Assembly (NCBI GenBank): GCA_001001285.1
Contig: LCKG01000003.1
Coordinates: 27,746 to 91,745, forward strand
Reading direction: 5' to 3'
Origin: Parcubacteria group bacterium GW2011_GWC1_45_13
GTDB lineage: Bacteria > Patescibacteriota > Minisyncoccia > UBA11713 > 2-01-FULL-45-33
DNA: 64,000 nucleotides
This document shows, one piece after another, positions 9,326 to 17,371 of the stretch (its first letter is position 1; each line of letters begins with the position of its first letter). Under the pieces are notes generated by a model that saw nothing but the letters and a program-made list of their open reading frames with translations, had not been told where the DNA came from and did no database searches. Made by a program: the position numbers and the translations under genes.

Positions 9326-10868
9326 TTGGTTTACTATTCTGCTTTGTGCCGTAAGTTAATTTAGGATTATCTATAGGATAGATCCCTTCGTTCTCGGATA
9401 TAGTCAAATTTCTTAAATATTTTGATGCCGTTTCAGGCGCGTCGTTGTTATACTTATAACCATTACTTGAACGATAATTAACCTTTTTAAGTTTATCCGC
9501 AACGATTTTTTTATATTTTGGGTCTATATCAATACCAATATAATTTCGGCCTAGTCTTTTTGCTGCCAAAGCTGTTGTACCAGCACCGATAAATGGATCT
9601 AAAATAACATCGTTTTCATCTGTAGTCATAAGAACCAGACGTTCAAGTAATGGTTCGGGGAGTTGGCACGGATGAGCGTCCCTGCGCGTATTATGTCTTA
9701 TGCGATGTATATCCGCCCAAACATCGCTCAAAAGAGTCCCGTGCGGGTGTATTTGGCTTTTCTTGCCCCCATAGTCTTTAATCATTTCACCACAAGTTCG
9801 GCATTTTTTATGCGGCGATCTAAGTTCATGGAATTTAAATCCCTTGGGGGTTTTTGTATAAAATAGTATTCCATAGTGTGCTGGCAACAAAGTTTTTCCC
9901 AGAGGCGTACTCATTGAATCCCATGCTATCCAGTGTTTAAAGATAGCAATTTTGTTAAGATGGTTGGCATAATAAATTAACCACTTTGGTATATTGTGAA
10001 CCAAAATCGAACCCGTTGGTTTAGTTATTCTGACCATTTCGGTTAACCATTGCTCGCACCATTTTATATAATCCTCCGCAACCCTTTTATCTTTATAGTT
10101 TCCGTATTTTTTGTTTAGGTTAAATGGCGGGTCGGCAAAAGTCATATCAATTGAGTTATCGGGTATTTTTCTCATCTCCTCAATTGAATCTCCACACAAA
10201 ATTTCGTTTAATGGAAGTTTTTTGTATTGTTTTGTTTCAGTTTTGATTTCCGGAAAAATAATAGATATGGGCGTTTCCTCTCGAATAACATCTAGCACAA
10301 TCCCTTGAATAGCTACATCCCGCCCATTTCTGAAAATAAGAGGTTCCATATTTTTATTAGCCGGCTGTAAACGGATATATCCGTGCTCTTTATAGAATTT
10401 TTTTAAGGTTGCTTCGTGGTTATCTATAAGAGCTACTACTTTTTGCCCATTTTCGGCAGTTTCTTGTTGGCGCACCAAAACAACGTCGCCATCGTTGATA
10501 TTTTCATCAATCATACTATTCCCGACAACGCGGAGAGCATAAACCTCCGATGAGGAGGGAATTTTACTTTTCGGGACGGCTATGGTTTCTCTTTGTTCCT
10601 CAAATACATGGATTGGCTCACCGGCGGCTATTGTTCCCCATAAAGGAATTTTTACTAGCTTCTCCGACGAGGATATTTCAATGCCTCTTTTCTGATTTTT
10701 TTGCCGCTGTAAATAACCCTTATTTTGCAGTGCCATTAAATGTTGATGAATTGTGGATATAGCCAAGCCCATCCTTTGCCCCATTTCTTTAATGGAGGGC
10801 GCAAAGCCGCGCTTTTTGGTGTAGGAGGTTACAAAATCTAACACCTGTTTTTGCCTGGGGGTAAGCAT
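9306..10868 (-). CDS. LexA repressor (wHTH + S24 autopeptidase) fused to beta-class N6-adenine/N4-cytosine DNA methyltransferase
   Basis: LexA half (N-terminal ~200 aa): LTPRQKQVLDF…; Ala-Gly cleavage site in GTIAAGEP; LRVVGNSMIDENINDGDVVLV (nucleophile Ser); ATLKKF (general-base Lys); IQGIVLDVIR. MTase half (C-terminal ~320 aa): motif IV DMTFADPPF precedes motif I DPFIGAGTTALAAKRLGRNYIGIDID (beta-group order); CxxC…HPH insert. Single uninterrupted 520-aa ORF. Confidence 0.8.
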   Translation of the reverse strand: MLTPRQKQVLDFVTSYTKKRGFAPSIKEMGQRMGLAISTIHQHLMALQNKGYLQRQKNQKRGIEISSSEKLVKIPLWGTIAAGEPIHVFEEQRETIAVPKSKIPSSSEVYALRVVGNSMIDENINDGDVVLVRQQETAENGQKVVALIDNHEATLKKFYKEHGYIRLQPANKNMEPLIFRNGRDVAIQGIVLDVIREETPISIIFPEIKTETKQYKKLPLNEILCGDSIEEMRKIPDNSIDMTFADPPFNLNKKYGNYKDKRVAEDYIKWCEQWLTEMVRITKPTGSILVHNIPKWLIYYANHLNKIAIFKHWIAWDSMSTPLGKTLLPAHYGILFYTKTPKGFKFHELRSPHKKCRTCGEMIKDYGGKKSQIHPHGTLLSDVWADIHRIRHNTRRDAHPCQLPEPLLERLVLMTTDENDVILDPFIGAGTTALAAKRLGRNYIGIDIDPKYKKIVADKLKKVNYRSSNGYKYNNDAPETASKYLRNLTISENEGIYPIDNPKLTYGTKQNSKPINPSLF

Positions 10869-10909
10869 ATTTTAATTTTAGCAGGTATATACCGAAAGAA
10901 AACCGAAAG

Positions 10910-10918
10910 TTATCCACA
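10910..10918 (+). promoter_or_regulatory. Perfect DnaA box TTATCCACA in the divergent promoter region of the LexA-MTase gene
   Basis: Exact 9-mer, 42 nt upstream of the minus-strand start codon. Flanked by the direct repeat ACCGAAAG-aaa-ACCGAAAG (10893..10908). Confidence 0.45.
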
Positions 10919-11012
10919 ACCATTAAAAAGGCGCTTGAATAAAAACCTAAAATCCACTAAGATTTAGGGGATTTGTAACCGGGTCGACAAAAAATTAGGA
11001 GAGTAAATTTTT

Positions 11013-11678
11013 ATGTCAGAATCAATAAATATTAACGATGTTTTTAAAGAAATAGAAAAGTCTGATAAGTCAGAATATCATCGCGGTAAATCTTGGGAAC
11101 ATTGTTATATTTTTTTCAGAAACTATAAAAAATTCGGAAGTGATAAGTTGATGGCAGATTACGCAGCGCTACATTTGGGTTTTTTTCTAGCTAGTTGGGG
11201 GATGTTGCGTGGTTCGAGCTTTTTGTTGCAGAAAGATTACAGATACTTCCTTCCGGTTGTTCGCGTATTGATAAAAGACCAATATAAAGTTTTGTGGAAT
11301 GTTGGCTATTTAAATTTGAACAAAAATCAAGAAAGCGAAATTATTGATATCTTGTTTTGGTTAAAAGACGACATTTGTAAAGTTATGACTCACAATAATC
11401 CTGACGGTAGAAAACCAACCGATTTGTTGATAACAAAAATTATAATGGCCACGATGGGCTGCGTGCCCGCTTATGATCAATATTTTAAGGCCGGTCTTAA
11501 GAGGCGTGGAATTAAAAATAACTTCAGCAAAAAAGCCTTCATAGATTTATTGAATTTCTCGAGAAAAAAACTAGAAAAACTTTATATCAAAAAACAGCCT
11601 ATTAAAGGGACAAATTATAATTATCCTACAGTGAAACTTATAGATTTATACTTTTGGCTTTTAGGTTCGCAAAAATAA
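11013..11678 (+). CDS. Hypothetical protein (divergent from LexA-MTase gene)
   Basis: 221-aa ORF with no recognisable motifs. AT-rich. Shares the 144-bp intergenic region with the LexA-MTase promoter. Confidence 0.6.
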   Translation: MSESININDVFKEIEKSDKSEYHRGKSWEHCYIFFRNYKKFGSDKLMADYAALHLGFFLASWGMLRGSSFLLQKDYRYFLPVVRVLIKDQYKVLWNVGYLNLNKNQESEIIDILFWLKDDICKVMTHNNPDGRKPTDLLITKIIMATMGCVPAYDQYFKAGLKRRGIKNNFSKKAFIDLLNFSRKKLEKLYIKKQPIKGTNYNYPTVKLIDLYFWLLGSQK

Positions 11679-11693
11679 CCGGCCAACAAAAAA

Positions 11694-12074
11694 TTAACGG
11701 GAGAAAGTTTTTTGGATTAAAAAGCCCAGAAGCCAGCCGATGAGGCCGAGGGCGATTGGAAAATAAATGTGGGAGAGGTCAAAATAAACTTCAAAAATCA
11801 CCGCGGGGATGAGCAAAACGCCAATCCACCAGTATTTTTTTGAACCGCCGAAGGCGGTGAAGAGGAGAGTGAGGAAGAAAATGTATGAAAGTGGTATACC
11901 TAAAAGAAAGTTTTCAGCAGATTTCGGCGTGCTAAATAGACTTCCCTCACTAGCACCCTGGGGGAAAAAATAAACATACAGGTTGCCAACCTGATTTGCA
12001 AAAAAATAAGCCAAAACTAAAACAACAATCAGAATGCAAATATTTTTTATTAAATTTTTTAGATCTTCGCTCAT
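11694..12074 (-). CDS. Hypothetical integral membrane protein
   Basis: 126 aa with about four predicted TM helices. 4-nt overlap with the downstream lipase gene. Confidence 0.55.
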   Translation of the reverse strand: MSEDLKNLIKNICILIVVLVLAYFFANQVGNLYVYFFPQGASEGSLFSTPKSAENFLLGIPLSYIFFLTLLFTAFGGSKKYWWIGVLLIPAVIFEVYFDLSHIYFPIALGLIGWLLGFLIQKTFSR

Positions 12075-14461
12075 AAATTATTTAATAGCCAATTAATATC
12101 TTCTTTTAATAAGTTGTAAGCTTGGTCGTTGATGTTTTTGGGATGTTCTCGTTCCAATTCGGCAAGGAACGTTTTTAACGTCTTTTGAGTGATGGGTTTG
12201 TTGTGGATATCTATCCTCTCTAATTTCCCAATCAGAGTGTTTTTAACGCTCTTTTTGGTTATCCACCCCAAAGAATACACGCGCTCAATATCGGAGATTG
12301 TACTCTGGATAGTCGCAATGACACGGAACACCGTCTCTTGATTCGCGAAGTTTCCTACAAAATCAACGGAGTTTACTGCAACCTTATGCTCTCCCAACTT
12401 CTCAAAGAATAAATCAATTATATCGCCGTTCTTTACCATTCTATCATCAAATTTAATCTCTGCGGAGGCAATGCCGGATTCCACATCGCCCACATCCACG
12501 TTTATGAAAATGGTTTCGGAGCGGAGATAATCGCGGGAGACAGGGGAAAGGATATTAATGCTTGGCGGGGTTACATCTTTTGGTTTTATTTCTAAATCGG
12601 TAGGGCTTTCGTTGTTTACTTTTAAGTCCAACTCCGTAATTAATCCGGGCTGGGTTTGGGAGGTATAGTCTTTATCCACAGAGATATTATCTGAAATATA
12701 GCCCGTGGCGATGGTATATTCGCCGCTTCCGGTTCCTTGAGCTTCAATTTTATATTCGCCGTCCAATGGATTAGGGATAGTTATATATTCGTCGTCCGTA
12801 AGAAATCCGGAATAAAACGCGCCATCAATTTGATTAATTTCGTTCCCGCTCGCGAAGTCTTTGCCAATTCTTTTCCCGTCCGGCGCAGTTACTAAAACAT
12901 CAACAGGGGAGAGGATTTTGATGAGGAGGAGTTTCGGATTTATCGATAAGCCATGATCAATCAAGATTGCGGCATTTGCGCCAGTAAGTTTTTTGAAGAT
13001 TAAGCCCTCGGCATTTGTTGGTAACGCATTATGCCCTGAAATCAATTGATTCAAATCACTTACTATAAATTCTCCGCTGCCAGCGGGTACAGTTCCGTCG
13101 CCGAATCCAAATTCAAAGCCTCTATCTGCTGTTGAGCCATCAAATCCATCTGGATAACCATTTTCCCATAAAGGAGTACTGGGAGAATTCACAACTCTAA
13201 TAGCATTTAGAGTGCTGTTATCTCCCAAATCGCCGACTACATTAGTAATTTTTATATTTTTATCAAAAAGACTTAAAACGCTGGTTTTAAGATTTTCAAG
13301 AAAAGTATTTTGAGGATAATTATTTGGATAAGTACGCAACGTTCCGCTATCTTTATCGCGTAGGTAATTGTAAGTTGGGAGAAGTTCTTGGACAGAAGAA
13401 ATTGGTTTGTTTCTTACATAATCAAATAGACTAGAGTACCTCGCCTTTTTAGCTTCTCTACCTAAAACAAATTTCATAAACCAGTCTCTTAGTCTTTCGC
13501 CGGTGTTGCCTGTTTTTGTACCAATCTCACCCGCTTCCCACATAAGATAAGCAAAAGGAGCCCCTAAATGCGGCGTTCCTAAAAAGATCAGTTGGTCAAC
13601 GTCGTTTTCGTAGTTGCCCGACTGGATGTATTGGCGCGCGACGAGGCCGCCCATGGAATGGGCAACAAGGTCAACTTTCGCGCAGTGGCAAACATTTTGG
13701 ACTTCGTTTATTTTGTCGCGAAGCTGGACGGCGGTAATCACATTAGATTGCCGCCAATCGTACGGAAAAGTGAAAAGATCTTTGCCGTCAACATATCCGT
13801 TGGCTTTTAAGGTCGCAATCAGGTCGTCATAGGTATGAAAAATCGGGTCAATCACCCAGACGCCGTTTTTGTCCGACGAGCCCAAAATCCCGGGAATGAT
13901 TATGACGGGGTCTGGCTTTGCTGGCGCTTGTATGGCGCTTTTTATATCAAAATGGATTAAGGCATGCTGGAAATCACCAATCCCTTTTTCAAATAAATCC
14001 ACTGTTTGCGCGGAGCTGGACGCGTCCGAAACGGCTACGAAAAAAGACTGGTTTGTCCCCAGCGGCATTTTAATTATGCCGTCAACGTTTCTATTGGCAC
14101 CGTCGCAGGAAAAGAGAGGAAAGTTAGAGCCAGCTTGGTAAAGCTTGGAATGGCCGATTTCATTACCTCTTGTTCCGTCATAAGTAAAAACATCAAAGCG
14201 AGGATTCAGAATATTGCCATTCGCACATTTGCTGTATACTTGTATGGCGGCAGGAGTTGTAGAGCCGATTAAGGTAAGTGGAAAACAATCCGTGCTGGAG
14301 TTAATTAGGCGCAGAAGCTCCCAGTTGTTCAGCGGCCCGGTAAACTCCGTGATAAACGTGCAGTCGCTCGATTGCAAAGAAGCATAATCCGCGAAGGCAA
14401 TTTGTGCCGTAAGCAGGGCGTAAACAGCGAAAAAAATGGTTAAAGCGTGTTTTCGCATTGC
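12071..14461 (-). CDS. Secreted lipase/esterase-like alpha/beta hydrolase (GxSxG)
   Basis: Signal peptide MRKHALTIFFAVYALLTAQIAFA (start taken at the second Met). Lipase nucleophile elbow VAHSMGGLV. About 800 aa with a long C-terminal beta-rich region. Confidence 0.7.
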   Translation of the reverse strand, partial: AMRKHALTIFFAVYALLTAQIAFADYASLQSSDCTFITEFTGPLNNWELLRLINSSTDCFPLTLIGSTTPAAIQVYSKCANGNILNPRFDVFTYDGTRGNEIGHSKLYQAGSNFPLFSCDGANRNVDGIIKMPLGTNQSFFVAVSDASSSAQTVDLFEKGIGDFQHALIHFDIKSAIQAPAKPDPVIIIPGILGSSDKNGVWVIDPIFHTYDDLIATLKANGYVDGKDLFTFPYDWRQSNVITAVQLRDKINEVQNVCHCAKVDLVAHSMGGLVARQYIQSGNYENDVDQLIFLGTPHLGAPFAYLMWEAGEIGTKTGNTGERLRDWFMKFVLGREAKKARYSSLFDYVRNKPISSVQELLPTYNYLRDKDSGTLRTYPNNYPQNTFLENLKTSVLSLFDKNIKITNVVGDLGDNSTLNAIRVVNSPSTPLWENGYPDGFDGSTADRGFEFGFGDGTVPAGSGEFIVSDLNQLISGHNALPTNAEGLIFKKLTGANAAILIDHGLSINPKLLLIKILSPVDVLVTAPDGKRIGKDFASGNEINQIDGAFYSGFLTDDEYITIPNPLDGEYKIEAQGTGSGEYTIATGYISDNISVDKDYTSQTQPGLITELDLKVNNESPTDLEIKPKDVTPPSINILSPVSRDYLRSETIFINVDVGDVESGIASAEIKFDDRMVKNGDIIDLFFEKLGEHKVAVNSVDFVGNFANQETVFRVIATIQSTISDIERVYSLGWITKKSVKNTLIGKLERIDIHNKPITQKTLKTFLAELEREHPKNINDQAYNLLKEDINWLLNNL

Positions 14462-14500
14462 TTTTATTTTTAACATAGCGCGCGAATAAAATCCAAGCGC

Positions 14501-14528
14501 TTGCAATTTTTTGGGGGCGCGCTATAAT
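14501..14528 (+). promoter_or_regulatory. Sigma70-like promoter for rnpB (TTGCAA-16-TATAAT)
   Basis: TTGCAA at 14501..14506 and TATAAT at 14523..14528, just upstream of the RNase P RNA 5' end. Confidence 0.5.
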
Positions 14529-14531
14529 GTA

Positions 14532-15008
14532 GGAAGATTCTTCGCCGGATAGCCGGTCCGATGCAAGATCGGACAGGAAAGTCCGAGCACCGCTAAGGTA
14601 TTCCCGACGCAAAGTCGGGATGCTCAAAGTTGCAGCCTCGCTGCGCTTCGGGCAACTTTGGCAGAGGCAGTGGCTAACGGCCACCCCCCGCCAACGGCGG
14701 GGCGAGAAACTCCGACGTAAAGTCGGAGCCCCGACTTCATTATTAAATTTTTTAATAGTGCGTCGGGGGTGTCACAGAGACAATACCGCGGACGTCATCA
14801 TTTTCGGTCTAAAGCCGGAAGCGTTGATAGCGCAAGGGTGAAAAGAGGTGAGGTAAAAGCTCACAGCATGCGTTGGCGACAGCGCGTGGTGAAAAACACT
14901 TGCCCGGTGCAACCTGCCTTATCGGCGGGGCTAGAGCCCGAGAGAAATCGAGGGCCCAGACAGATGGCTATTTAAACAGAACTCGGCTTATGAGCGGAGA
15001 ATCAGAAT
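14532..15008 (+). ncRNA. rnpB: RNase P RNA (bacterial type A)
   Basis: Universally conserved P4 elements AGGAAAGTCCGAGCACCGC (about 14575..14593) and ACAGAACTCGGCTTATGAGCGG (about 14976..14997). AAGGGTGAAAAGAGGTGAGGTAAAAGCTCACAGC matches the P10-P12 region. 5' GAAGATTCTTCGCC pairs with 3' GGCGGAGAATC (P1). Ends are +/- 5 nt. Confidence 0.85.
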
Positions 15009-15009
15009 C

Positions 15010-15045
15010 CCCAGCCCCCCGATGGACATCGGGGGGCTGGGTTTA
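15010..15045 (+). terminator. Rho-independent terminator after rnpB
   Basis: CCCCAGCCCCCCGATGGACATCGGGGGGCTGGG hairpin followed by TTTAT. Confidence 0.6.
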
Positions 15046-15058
15046 TATAATTCTTTAT

Positions 15059-17371
15059 ATGACTATATCAAACGAGGTCTTATATAAATCGGCGCAATGG
15101 TGTCTCATAGCCTTAGTTTTTCTTTTGCCGGTGTGGTTTTTGCCAACAACGGTTAACCCAGTGGAATTCAACAAGGTACTCTTGGTGTCCATTTTGGTAT
15201 TTTTATCTTTTATTTTATTTCTAGCCTACTCCATAAAATCCGGAAATGTGGCTTTACCGGGGCATGTTGTTTTTATAGCGGCTGGCGTGATGCTTCTTTC
15301 TTGGTTGGCTTCGGCGTTGGTTTCCCATTCGGGCGCGGCGCTTTGGGGGTTGGGAGCGGAACCAACCAGTTTTTTGGCCATAGCCACTTTCTTTTTGATG
15401 AGCGCTATGATTATGCTGCTTTTTTCCGACGGCCGTTCGCTTACCAGATTAATCGCCGCTTTGGGATGGGGATTGCTTTTGTTTTTGCTGACGACTTGGA
15501 TTTTTAATGTTTTTGGATTTGGCCAGAGCCTGGGCGGGCTTTTTCAAAATAGGGTCTTCAACGCCATCGGTTCTTGGAACAGCGCAGGTTTCGCGGCGGC
15601 GTTTTTTCTGATGATGCTTTATCCGTTTTTGAGGATTTCTTCCGGAGCCATAAGGTGGACTGTGGCGATTTCATTTTTGCTTGCGCTGTTTTTGATTTTG
15701 GTGGTTAATTTTCCGCTGATTTGGGGAGTCGTCGGGTTTTTCGCGATTTTACTTTTAAGCTACGCTATTTGGAAGAAAAATGTTTCGCTCGCGGTTATGG
15801 GAATCCCCTCGGGTATTCTTTTAATTTCACTTTTCGGTTTTTTCTTTAGCAATTTTATCGCCTCTACTTTAAATTTTCCGGCTCCGGTGGAAGTCGGTGT
15901 GGCCCACCAAACTACTTTTAACGTGACGAACCAGGCGCTTCGCGCAAATTTGGTTTTTGGCGCAGGGCCGACATCTTTCGGTTATTTGTGGGATAAATAC
16001 CGGCCACTGGAAGTCAACAATACTCCCTTTTGGAGCCTTCGTTTTGTGAGCGGGTCTTCCTTAATGTTAAGCGCGCTGGCCGAGGCGGGCCTTTTGGGCT
16101 GGCTGGCTTTCGTGATTTTTTTGGGCTGGATTTGGTACTTAGGGCTCAAAGCTTTGACAAACAATTCTGGAGAAAGCTCCGAGGTTCTGGTTTTTCCGGT
16201 TTTTTTGCTTTTCAGTTTTACAATTTTAATGTGGTCGCTTTACGCGGTGGGCTACGTATTGACGGCTTTAGGGTTTGTAGCTTTGGGTCTGATGCTTGCC
16301 GCTCTGCGGCACGCCGGCGTGTTCAAAACCTACGAATTTTCCTTGGTGCGAGAAGGGCCGCGCGGATTTATTTCAGCTTTGGCGGTGGTATTTTTTATAA
16401 TCTTAGGAGTTTTAGGTTTTTATTCGGTAATCCGTCGCTATGTTGGCCAGTTGGCTTACGCCGGAGGCTTAGAAGCTACGAACCGCGGCAATCTTGACGA
16501 CGCGGAAAAGCAAGTTTTGCTGGCAGCCCAAGCGGATCCCGGCAACGATTTGTATCTTAGATCGCTCGCCCAGATTTATATGTCTAAGGCTCAAGTTTTA
16601 TTGCAAGACAAAACCACCCCCCCTGATATTTTGGGATCTCGATTTAAAGACTTTTTGGACCGCGCGGTTTCCACTACCCAGGAGGCTATTCGTCGGGAAC
16701 CGTTGGATTTTTTAAATTACAGAACGCTCGGCCAAATTTACGGGTTTCTGGTCCAGTTAAACGCCGCTGGCTCTCTGGAAGCGTCCCAGATTCAATATGA
16801 CGAAGCTTTAAAGCGGGCTCCGGCTAATCCGCTTTTGTGGCGCGATAAGGCCATGACTTATCTTACGGATTTCGCGCTGAAAAAAAATAGCGACTCATTA
16901 AAAAAAGCGGAGGAAGCGCTTTTGAAAGCAGTGGTTTTAAAACCGGATTACGCGGAGGGGCATTTTCTTCTGGCGCAAGTTTATGACGCCGAGGGCCAAG
17001 CAGCGGAAGCCATCCGCCGCGGCGAGGCGGCTGCGCTTTTGGCGCCCAACGATATCGGCACGCTTTTCCAGCTGGGGCTTCTATATTATCGTGCGAGCCG
17101 TTTAAGCGACGCCGAAATTGTGTTCAGGCGCTCGACGGAGATAAGCCCCAATTATTCCAACGCCAGATATTTCCTGGGCCTTATTTACGACAGACTTGGC
17201 AAAAAAACCGATGCTATAGCAGAATTCCAGAAAATTTCGGCGCTCAACCCAGATAACGACGAGGTTAAGAAAATTATTTCCAATCTTAACGCGGGAAAAG
17301 CGGCGCTCGCGGGAATTGTTCCGCCGGGCCAAGCGCCGGAGAAAAGAACCGCGCCTCCGGTAAGTGATTAA
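15059..17371 (+). CDS. O-antigen ligase (Wzy)-like polytopic membrane protein with C-terminal TPR repeats
   Basis: More than 10 TM helices. C-terminal TPR units (…AEGHFLLAQVYDAEGQ…; SNARYFLGLIYDRLGKKTDAIAEFQKISALNPDN). Start moved from the ORF-track 14873 to the ATG at 15059 because 14873..15058 is RNase P RNA plus terminator. Confidence 0.55.
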   Translation: MTISNEVLYKSAQWCLIALVFLLPVWFLPTTVNPVEFNKVLLVSILVFLSFILFLAYSIKSGNVALPGHVVFIAAGVMLLSWLASALVSHSGAALWGLGAEPTSFLAIATFFLMSAMIMLLFSDGRSLTRLIAALGWGLLLFLLTTWIFNVFGFGQSLGGLFQNRVFNAIGSWNSAGFAAAFFLMMLYPFLRISSGAIRWTVAISFLLALFLILVVNFPLIWGVVGFFAILLLSYAIWKKNVSLAVMGIPSGILLISLFGFFFSNFIASTLNFPAPVEVGVAHQTTFNVTNQALRANLVFGAGPTSFGYLWDKYRPLEVNNTPFWSLRFVSGSSLMLSALAEAGLLGWLAFVIFLGWIWYLGLKALTNNSGESSEVLVFPVFLLFSFTILMWSLYAVGYVLTALGFVALGLMLAALRHAGVFKTYEFSLVREGPRGFISALAVVFFIILGVLGFYSVIRRYVGQLAYAGGLEATNRGNLDDAEKQVLLAAQADPGNDLYLRSLAQIYMSKAQVLLQDKTTPPDILGSRFKDFLDRAVSTTQEAIRREPLDFLNYRTLGQIYGFLVQLNAAGSLEASQIQYDEALKRAPANPLLWRDKAMTYLTDFALKKNSDSLKKAEEALLKAVVLKPDYAEGHFLLAQVYDAEGQAAEAIRRGEAAALLAPNDIGTLFQLGLLYYRASRLSDAEIVFRRSTEISPNYSNARYFLGLIYDRLGKKTDAIAEFQKISALNPDNDEVKKIISNLNAGKAALAGIVPPGQAPEKRTAPPVSD

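Noticed and set aside
14620-14975. ORFs 14620..14841 and 14769..14975 (and minus-strand 14301..14684)
   Set aside because: They lie entirely within the RNase P RNA gene or its promoter. Their Arg/Gly-rich translations are typical of GC-rich structured RNA read as protein.
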